DNA of 61,443 nucleotides, counting the filler. It is 9 parts of 9 records of this genome, joined end to end, with 100 filler letters (N's around TTAATTAATTAA, not from the genome) between each part and the next. Parts side by side here need not be neighbours in the genome. Positions count along the whole stretch, not along the records: positions 49,036 to 55,732 come from SRR31147125_91900; positions 55,833 to 61,443 come from SRR31147125_91947; 7 more parts are not named here. One strand, written 5' to 3'. The position numbers and the translations under genes are program-made. Within the stretch, counting starts at the first letter, position 1; each line of letters opens with the position of its first letter. The notes beneath the pieces are model-generated. The model made no database searches. It was not told the origin of the DNA and was given only the letters and a program-made list of their open reading frames with translations. Positions 53,653 to 61,443 of the stretch are shown here, in pieces.

Positions 53653-55398
53653 ATGGTAAAGCTCAATGAGTCGATGCTCATCAATATTCTAAAAAGTCAT
53701 GCGCCCATAAAAGCAATTCGTATATGTTCGATGATCAGGAAGGAGTACGGAGATATTAGTAAGAGTGATATTAACTCGTTGCTTTATACGATGGCTCAAA
53801 GAGGGGTTGTTTATAAAAATGATAAATATGAGTGGTCTACTGGGAAAAATCCCTGTGGTCAGACTTGCAAAACTGAACCCGTCACGGTATCCAATGGCCT
53901 AAGCAAAAAGACCTCTCCTGGAAAGATTACCCTGGTTGATGCTGTAATCGAAACACCTCTCATGAACGAACGGCTTGAATTCTCAGACGCTCAGAAGAAA
54001 GTGGTTGAGTTGACCCTTGATGAGAATCTTTTGATACGCGGACAGGCAGGAAGCGGCAAGACAACTGTGTTGGCCGCAAGGGCTGGAAAGTCTCTATCAC
54101 TTGCAAGCAGGGGATCTATGTTGTTTCTCACGTACAATGCTGCCCTCTGTAAATACGTTACAAAACTGTTTAAACAGAAGTCAATTGCACAAAACATTAC
54201 GGTGTCAACTTACCATGACTGGGCTATTAAAATGGCAACCGCAATGGGATACCAATACGGTGAATGGTTGCAGCAGAGAGATCGAACAGAGCAGATAAAA
54301 ACGATTCTTAGTAAGTCGAAACAGTTTAAAGGCGATCACAGACTATATGACCCCAAAGATCCAGACATTGTGGCATGGTGGAACGATGAAATTAGTTGGA
54401 TATTTGGTCAGGGCATAACAGAGTTTGACGAATACAAGCTTGTCGAGCGGACCGGTCGGGGAATTGCAATCAGGGTCTCACTTATTGATAGGGAATATGT
54501 CTGGCACGTATACTCTGAGTATGTAGCTTGGCTTAAAGAACACAACAAGGAAGATTACGATAATGTCGCAGGGATTATCAAGCAGGCAATAAAGCAATAT
54601 GACAATACTGTGCCTGAGCCTCTGAGATACGACCATGTATTCATTGATGAGGTCCAGGATTTTGACAAAAATTGGTTGGCCATGGTTGCACCATTTGCCC
54701 GGATCTCACTGTCCATGGCCGGTGACATCGCTCAAAAAATATACAAAAGGACTTTTACCTGGAAATCAGTCGGCATCAAAATACAGGCCCATCGATCAGT
54801 CCCACTTAAAGGATCTTTCAGAACGACCAAACAAATCATGAGGGTGGCATCAAGAGTGATCGAAGGCTGTCAAATGCAGTCAGATGAAGAGTTCGTGAAT
54901 CCCATCATGCCGGACAGAAACGGTCAACCAATTATCAGGTTAAAACGAAAAGGTATTAAGCAGGCTTATGATGAGGGGTACAAGTATGTCTCTAAAAAGT
55001 TTAAACGGATAAGAACGTCCACCGTTGCCATAGCCCTGCCTTTCGCAAGACAGGTCTACCCTGCATACAATCAGCTTGATGGTTTAGGGCTAACAGTAAA
55101 GAAGGCAAAAGGCGGTGCTTTAGGCCGCGTCTCATCTGGTGTTGTCGTTACAAATTACCACCAGCTTAAAGGACTTGAGTTTGATCATGTCGTTCTTTTC
55201 GGTTTAGATGACAAGACTTTTCCGGATAAGTATCTGGACAGGGTGTTAGCTGATGATATCAAAGAAGAGGAGCAACCCCTTCGCAAGCTGCTGTATGTCG
55301 CAATGACCCGTGCAAAAAAAACTTTGACCATCGTAGGTGGTGAGCCATTCTGTCGGTTTTTTGATGATATATCTGACGATCTTTTTGAGGATATTTAA
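53653..55398 (+). CDS. SF1 UvrD-like helicase with N-terminal Z-alpha-like winged helix
   Basis: GQAGSGKT, LTYN, IDEVQD, GDIAQKIY, SFRT, KGLEFD, LYVAMTRA; N-terminal KSDINSLLY...W; GGAGG RBS. Confidence 0.88.
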   Translation: MVKLNESMLINILKSHAPIKAIRICSMIRKEYGDISKSDINSLLYTMAQRGVVYKNDKYEWSTGKNPCGQTCKTEPVTVSNGLSKKTSPGKITLVDAVIETPLMNERLEFSDAQKKVVELTLDENLLIRGQAGSGKTTVLAARAGKSLSLASRGSMLFLTYNAALCKYVTKLFKQKSIAQNITVSTYHDWAIKMATAMGYQYGEWLQQRDRTEQIKTILSKSKQFKGDHRLYDPKDPDIVAWWNDEISWIFGQGITEFDEYKLVERTGRGIAIRVSLIDREYVWHVYSEYVAWLKEHNKEDYDNVAGIIKQAIKQYDNTVPEPLRYDHVFIDEVQDFDKNWLAMVAPFARISLSMAGDIAQKIYKRTFTWKSVGIKIQAHRSVPLKGSFRTTKQIMRVASRVIEGCQMQSDEEFVNPIMPDRNGQPIIRLKRKGIKQAYDEGYKYVSKKFKRIRTSTVAIALPFARQVYPAYNQLDGLGLTVKKAKGGALGRVSSGVVVTNYHQLKGLEFDHVVLFGLDDKTFPDKYLDRVLADDIKEEEQPLRKLLYVAMTRAKKTLTIVGGEPFCRFFDDISDDLFEDI

Positions 55399-55732
55399 AT
55401 TGATGCTCCTATAGAAAGTCTGATTTCGGCAATTTCTCAATCGTAATGTGCTGAAATTACAAATAGCTATATTACCATTTCCGACTTTTCGCTATCCAAA
55501 AAAACAGCAATGATGGTATACGCTCTGTGGTTCTGCTGTTTTTATACAACCTGACCTCTCTGGAGGTAATCCCCTCTTTTTTCAGGTGAAATAGAACATG
55601 TCACCACTTCATTCATTGAATCCATCCAACATCCAGTGAAATAGTGATTTAGCGGGTCCTTTGAGGGCTTGAAAATCATACGGTACGCTGGACCCCAGAG
55701 TCTGAACAACCACGGTGCTGGAATAAGCTCTG

Positions 55733-55832
55733 NNNNNNNNNNNNNNNNNNNNNNNNNNNNNNNNNNNNNNNNNNNNTTAATTAATTAANNNNNNNNNNNN
55801 NNNNNNNNNNNNNNNNNNNNNNNNNNNNNNNN
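55733..55832. other. Artificial contig linker
   Basis: N44-TTAATTAATTAA-N44. Confidence 0.99.
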
Positions 55833-56151
55833 GCTGCGGAGAACTTATGACTGACGAGTTTCTAATATAAACCCATTTTCAAAAGAGACTCATACAAAAC
55901 CGATCTGCCCCAAAAAGCAAGCTGAAGGCACGCACGGTTTCTCCAGCCGGCGCCACCCGACTCACCTTTTCTGAAAATCGGATCGATTCGGTATTGGCCG
56001 GCTTTGGTGTGAAACGTTGACTAACAAACCGAGATCGGATAGGATTCCACCATGAAATCAACAATTCACCAATCATATTTAAAACATGTAAGCTCAGACA
56101 GCCTTTTGGGTAATCAACAAAATCCATATCTGTCTTACACGCGGGAGGCGT

Positions 56152-57330
56152 ATGACGGATTCGGAGAAGACTTCAGGGCAGGACCAATTCAAACAAGTTA
56201 TTGAAGGTATTTTTCAAGATAAGATATATGGCAGTATTCTGAATGGATCCATTCTTACTATGCTATCGGATGTGATGACATTTTCCCATGATATCATCAA
56301 TACCCTTGAAAAAGATGGAAAAACAGCACCGGTAGCATGCAAAAACGGATGCAGCTACTGCTGCTATTCCCACATCGCAGTCACCCCGGTTGAAGCGTTG
56401 TTGATTTCTTCTTTTATCGAGGCTCATTTCAAGAAGAGGGAACAGTCCGATTTAAAGGAAAAAATCAAATATGTTCACACCCTCACACAAAACAAATCCA
56501 TTGAAGAGAAGTTTAAACTAAAAGAGAAGACACCTTGCATCTTTTTGGAGAATGGCTCATGCAGCATCCACCCGGTTCGGCCTTTCATCTGCAGAGCGTG
56601 GAACTCTCTTGACAGCGATACCTGCAAATCGGCATTTCATTCAGATACCGTGAATACGGAGATCGAGACATCCCCAGCCGGGAACTATGTATTTGGGTCG
56701 GCACGGGCAATGCTTGTGGATATTTGCGACCAGCTGAATATTCAGTCACGCCCCATGGATCTGCCCCATGCCATCTCCAGATGCCTGGATACGGCAGATC
56801 CCATGGCGCACTGGCTGGCCGGTCACCGGATCTTTGAATCGGATGAAGCGTTAAAAACAGTTGACGATGACCTCGCCCACTTCTCTCCGGATCAAGAGAC
56901 GGCAGGTTCATCGGAATCTTCCGAGAAACCGATCAGAGAAGTGGATTACGTCAATTACTTTTACGAGAAATACAAAGGACGAATCGCACTCAGTGTCGGG
57001 TATGACCAAAATTTTTCAGAGATCTTTCCGTTCATATTTCAAGATCCCCATGGTGCTCCCATCGGGATCGTTGCCATGGGGGTGATGGGCAACGGTGATA
57101 AAAGAGTTCATATCTATCATGTGGGATCATTCATCCTTCAAAAAGGTGACGGAAGTTTGATTTTGAAAGAGCTTTGTAGAAAGGCGGACTGCTTTGATAT
57201 TCAGCTAAGCGTCAGCCCGGTATTCATGACCAACGGTAGAGACCGCAGTACCGACCCCACATGGCTGCCGCACTGGTATGAACGATTCAACTTTAAAGGA
57301 AATCCTGAATTACTGCGCCCCCCCGCGTAA
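56152..57330 (+). CDS. YkgJ/FliB-like cysteine-cluster protein with C-terminal GNAT-like domain
   Basis: CKNGCSYCC, CIFLENGSCSIHPVRPFICR; C-terminal QKGDGSLILKELC...WYERFNF. Confidence 0.75.
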   Translation: MTDSEKTSGQDQFKQVIEGIFQDKIYGSILNGSILTMLSDVMTFSHDIINTLEKDGKTAPVACKNGCSYCCYSHIAVTPVEALLISSFIEAHFKKREQSDLKEKIKYVHTLTQNKSIEEKFKLKEKTPCIFLENGSCSIHPVRPFICRAWNSLDSDTCKSAFHSDTVNTEIETSPAGNYVFGSARAMLVDICDQLNIQSRPMDLPHAISRCLDTADPMAHWLAGHRIFESDEALKTVDDDLAHFSPDQETAGSSESSEKPIREVDYVNYFYEKYKGRIALSVGYDQNFSEIFPFIFQDPHGAPIGIVAMGVMGNGDKRVHIYHVGSFILQKGDGSLILKELCRKADCFDIQLSVSPVFMTNGRDRSTDPTWLPHWYERFNFKGNPELLRPPA

Positions 57331-57780
57331 GCCCATGAGAGATTTCCCAATAGAAATCGAAAAATTGATCGATCTGCGGAATGGCAGGTTCACTGAGCCG
57401 AAACCAAATTAAGAGGAATCGATGAAAATATTAATCGCTATGGATTCATTATTTGAAGGTAGTGTCATCTAATGAATTTTGAACTGAACGATTTCGCACA
57501 CATTAGTTCCGCACCTCGGAATGTATTAACTACGGCGTTCATGGCAGCTGAAGGTCACCATGAACGCGATGCTGATTTCGCCAAGTCCCACGTATTGACA
57601 TTCAAAACAGTTCGAACCATTATAGCTGTAAATCAAAAAAATTGAGTGAGTGATCACCTGATTGATTTCAGGTATTCGCTCAAAACCGAATTAAACTGAA
57701 CTGAACGTTCCCAGAAAAAGAGATGGGAGGGGGCCTGTATTGAACGGAACGGATTCCACAGATACGAGTTTGGACAAGAA

Positions 57781-58599
57781 TCATTTTTTCTTCATTTTTT
57801 CCTTAACATAGGGAGGCAGCACATCGTTTGAAATATTATTTTCTCCATAATATCTTTTCATTATCTCATAATAAGTTCCGTTTTCCAAAATGGTATCAAA
57901 CCCATTTTGGAACCGTGATATCAAAGCGGTCTCGTCTTTGTGAAAAAAAACACCGACAGGTGCAGCCAGCAGAGGCTTTCTGATGGCTGCAAAATCATTC
58001 ACAGAGTCCGGAAAAAGATCTCTGATGACGGCCCATCCGGCAATCTCCGCTGCGATTGCAAAATCAATACGATCCGCGTTTAATTTTTTAAAATTCAGCT
58101 CCGATTCAGCGACCCATTCAATATTGAGTTTTGCCTGTTCCACAATTGGAGTGGTCGCACTCCCGCGTGTATTCCCGATCACATATTTTTGCAGTTCGCT
58201 CAGATTTTCGTAAAAGATACCCTCCGGAAATCTTTTCTTTTTATAAAAAAACAGAACATTAACATTTAAAAATTCAACCGACTCCACAAGATGCCCCTTT
58301 TGTTCTTTTTCAAACCATTTAATACTACCCATGCCCCCCGGGCATTTCTTATTAATGATAGTCCAGACGGATCTTGCCGCGGGTATAAGATAAAACGATA
58401 CATCTGCATCTACCACTTTAAATACCTCGGTCGTCAGATCCCTAACAATTCCGTATCCCATTCCGGGTATCGATTTTGAGTGAAACAGCGGCGAGTATTC
58501 GATATAAGAGATTTTAATTTTTTCAGATGCTAAGATTTCTGTGCAAAAGATAAGGAATGCACACATAAGCACACAGATAATTAATTTAACATGTCTCAT
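57781..58599 (-). CDS. Family 3 periplasmic solute-binding protein
   Basis: Signal peptide, EYSPL, GIVRDL, KKLNADRID, FQNGFDTILENGTYYEIMKRY. Confidence 0.8.
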   Translation of the reverse strand: MRHVKLIICVLMCAFLIFCTEILASEKIKISYIEYSPLFHSKSIPGMGYGIVRDLTTEVFKVVDADVSFYLIPAARSVWTIINKKCPGGMGSIKWFEKEQKGHLVESVEFLNVNVLFFYKKKRFPEGIFYENLSELQKYVIGNTRGSATTPIVEQAKLNIEWVAESELNFKKLNADRIDFAIAAEIAGWAVIRDLFPDSVNDFAAIRKPLLAAPVGVFFHKDETALISRFQNGFDTILENGTYYEIMKRYYGENNISNDVLPPYVKEKMKKK

Positions 58600-59115
58600 A
58601 GCACCTCTTTTTGATAACCATTTGATATTTTGCCAAATGTACGCCATTCCTATTGCGCGCCTTACCCAAATATCTGTTTAAAACGATTTTTTAATATCAA
58701 AAAGTGGACTACATGACCCCAAAATAATATATCGAATGTCTCAAATCATATAGAACCACCATGATTTTCCAACGATAAACTCCGGGATTCCGGTGGGATA
58801 TTATCCCTCAAATCAGCGATATATTCTGAAAGGAAAACAGAATGAGAACGCTTACGAAGACTCAGTTTGTTCAGACTCTAGCCGATATTCATGTGGTGAG
58901 TTATGTGTGAAGGCTCGGAATTGTTTGCTTTCTTGAGCTCACATTATTTCACGCTGGTTCAAATTATACGCCACTTATTTTTCCATCGCACAAAAGGATC
59001 CTCCATGCTTCCCCAACAAACGATCATTTTTATTGAGTATTTATAATATTTAGCCTGCATTCATGTATTTTGCAATGCCTTTATCTGATCAACAGCACAA
59101 TTGGATGAGTAGATT

Positions 59116-59294
59116 ATGATTCAAAATTTTCCCATTGCTTTTCAAAAGCGTTCCGAAATTTGTTATTGTTGGTCCTTATCCTTTTTGCAGGAACGCTTTG
59201 GGTACATGAGAAAAAAATCACCGTAGTCACTGAAGAGTGGGCTCATTTAAATTATACAGAGAACGGTGGATTAAAAGGGTTTTATTTACAATAA
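59116..59294 (+). pseudogene. Remnant 5' end of a second family 3 solute-binding protein
   Basis: LLLLVLILFAGTLW..KITVVTEEWAHLNYTENGGLKGF then a stop; out of frame with the ATG at 59116. Confidence 0.55.
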
Positions 59295-59570
59295 AAATGC
59301 AACATCCTGATTCATAATCAAAACGCTTTGTCAAAACCATGAAACGCAGCTCAAAATCTTACAAGTAATACATTATTCTTTTTCAGTCCAAAAATATAGA
59401 GGTTACCGGTTTTTGAAAAATATTCTCATCAGGGTTATCAAGTCATTACAATATAGATACATTTTGGTATATTTTTTGCAATAAAACAGTATTTTTAACA
59501 AAACGCCATCAATAATCCAAGAAATCGTATCTTTTATGGATCGATTTTTTATTTCCCACAGCAAAATCAA

Positions 59571-60769
59571 ATGAAAAAGGAAAAAATGATGTTATTAAAT
59601 GAATGTGGTGCTCGGTTGAATCATCGAACACTTCGCCATCTTGCAATTATTACTATTTCTATTTTGTTTATTGCAATGACCTCTAATTACGCATTGGCAC
59701 TTTTTCCAGGTGAAGAGATCCGTGAAGGGGGCGGATATCCTGCATTGGTCAAATTTATTAAAGGGAATCCAGAGAAGCCGCTCATTGTTTTTATTCCGGG
59801 AGCTCATCATAGTGCCCGTATCGCCTATGGCGGGCATTCCGGAGGACGATCAGAAGATTTTCTAGCCCACTGGCTGGTAGAAAAAGGCTACAACTTTCTG
59901 GGTATCTCATACCCCATTGAGATGAAAAATTCCGTCATTGACGGAACCTACCCGGAATTTACCGTACGGGCATGGGGCCTGCAGGCCGCGCAGATTGCTA
60001 AAGCCATCATCAAAGAGAACAGTTTAAGCAACCGGATTATCGTGCTGGGCTGGAGCATGGGAGGAAAAATAGTTCAATCGGTCAATGAAGGCGCGCAAAA
60101 AGAGGGCCTTGATCTTGATTTTTATATCTCCGTAACAGCCACCCCCCCTGTAACCGGCATTATCAGCATGACCAAAACCCTTGAAATGGCGGCAAGCGGC
60201 AATGCCGACCGCACAAAAGATCTCAGCCGCTGGTACGGTCAGGTTAAAGCCAACAGCGCACAGAACCAAGGCCGAACCATCATACCGGAAGATTTCTATA
60301 TGAATAATTACGTCGGACAGATTTCTGTCAATCAGCAAGGGTATGGATTGCGTTACCGAGATGGAAAATTTATTCGGGATCACTGGGAAGATATGGAAGA
60401 CTTTAAACCCTATGCGTTTGCCGATTTTCCGCTGGTCGCAATGCTGATTCCAAACACGCCCGGTGATTCCCGGCATGCGCTTACGGACCAGGGATCATGG
60501 GGGTTGTTTATTGTCAACAAGATCTATCATGATTATGTCAGGAAAAATAAAGTCGATCTTAAAACGATGGCCCCTGCAGACTGGCGCGGACTGGTTAATA
60601 CGGTGCGAAATGCACCGCAGTTGCTGACGGAGGAAGTCAACGGCAATCACTTTTTTTCGTCGGTGAATCAGGGGCGCGTGAGGCTGCTCAATCCATATGG
60701 AATCTTGAACTCAGGGCCCATGCCTTGAAAAAACAACTGAATACACTGCTTGGTATAAAGATTAAGTAG
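59571..60769 (+). CDS. Secreted alpha/beta hydrolase; frameshift in T7 run at 60651-60657
   Basis: VFIPG, GWSMG nucleophile elbow, GNHFF; the alternate frame continues FVGESGAREAA to TAG at 60769. Confidence 0.75.
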
Positions 60770-60960
60770 AAGTGTTTTCAAGGGCAACCAAATTGATAAA
60801 GAGAGCACCCTGCCAATCAAATGGCGACAACAGCCAATGCACCAGAAACTTGTGCGGTCTGCATCATAGGGAAAATCCTTATTATAATCGATCCCTCTCT
60901 TTGAAGATTTTTTCTTGAAAACCCCATGTGTGTAAAGAAATGAGAAAGTGGAGGAACAGT

Positions 60961-61443
60961 ATGCGTTCAATCAAGAAAAGCAACATGCACCCATTTTTTA
61001 CCATTGTTACCTGCAGCATGATGATCGTACTAGCTCACTGCAATGTTACGTTCGCCGAAAACGGACAGGTTTTGTTTGATCAGGTCGGTAAATCAGATCA
61101 CGTTTCTTGGGATCCGCTTTACTCGGTCTATCTGCCTGTCGGATACGATGCTGGAGAACGGAAATATCCAATTATATATCTGTTGCCAGGGGGGCCGGTC
61201 AGACTCATAATGACTGGTTTGTTCGTGGCGGCGCGGCGGAGACTCTGGACCGGATGATTGAGGCAAGGGAGATCCCGCCCGTGGTGGTGGTCAGCCCTGA
61301 TCCGCGTCGGACCAATAAGCCTAAATTCAACACCTACTATCTGGACGACAGTGACGGCAGCGAAAAGTGGGAAACCATGTTCTTTGAGGATTTCGTACCT
61401 GCTGTCGAGAAGCGTTTCAGGGTTCTCGACAGTGAAAAGTTTA
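60961..61443 (+). CDS. Putative esterase (Fes/XynZ-like), frameshift ~61188-61195, runs off window end
   Basis: YSVYLPVGY..KYPIIYLL, then GAGQTHNDW...IPPVVVVSPD...WETMFFEDFVPAVEKRF. Confidence 0.8.

Noticed and set aside
5353-55832. Recurring TTAATTAATTAA motif and any gene linkage across it
   Set aside because: Identical synthetic linkers embedded in N runs; neighbouring contigs are unrelated, so cross-gap 'systems' are meaningless
1091-61195. Many frameshifts (kinases, waaA, THUMP methyltransferase, nagZ, OM protein, hydrolases) as pseudogenes, phase variation or programmed frameshifting
   Set aside because: They mostly sit in short homopolymers, occur across unrelated organisms and hit the normally essential waaA, so sequencing indels are the simplest explanation; reads are needed to be sure
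184-61257. Numerous short ORFs antisense to or overlapping recognised genes
   Set aside because: Shadow frames with no motifs or ribosome binding sites
1-61443. CRISPR arrays, tRNA/rRNA genes, intact transposases or integrases
   Set aside because: None recognised by eye; small structured RNAs in the long spacers (28060-28530, 48070-48640, 58600-59570) cannot be excluded without an Infernal/Rfam scan

Overview
This window is not one locus. It is nine unrelated contigs joined by eight artificial 100-nt linkers (N44-TTAATTAATTAA-N44), apparently from an anoxic-sediment-type metagenome with many homopolymer indels. Taxonomic labels are tentative. (1) 1-5352, Desulfobacterota-like: double histidine-kinase hybrid sensor, VPLPA-CTERM protein, AraC. 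(2) 5453-13925: cvpA, yqeY, nfeD/slipin, BMP, cupin and a cytochrome-bd-like (CydA-superfamily) pair with a multiheme cytochrome c. (3) 14026-23007: housekeeping genes msbA, waaA, THUMP methyltransferase, nagZ, tsaD, purM, hom, thrH. (4) 23108-29768: two-component genes, ATPase, PilZ-like protein. (5) 29869-35399: a eukaryotic contig with short GT-AG introns. Spliced by hand, it encodes a divergent HAP2/GCS1-like fusogen and an SLC52-like riboflavin transporter; the ORF track shows only fragments of these. (6) 35500-40722, clostridial-like: hydantoinase-family gene, glyA, rnc, acpP, plsX. (7) 40823-48935: GH36-like gene and a TetR/outer-membrane protein/LolDCE-like/LolA-like cluster. (8) 49036-55732: defence island with type I hsdM, type II Zorya (zorABE) and a divergent SF1 helicase carrying an N-terminal Z-alpha-like winged helix. 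(9) 55833-61443: YkgJ-GNAT fusion, solute-binding protein, hydrolases. The best leads are the HAP2-like gene, the Z-alpha-like helicase beside Zorya, and the heme-c CydA-like operon. All family calls come from motif recognition by eye; no database searches were run.
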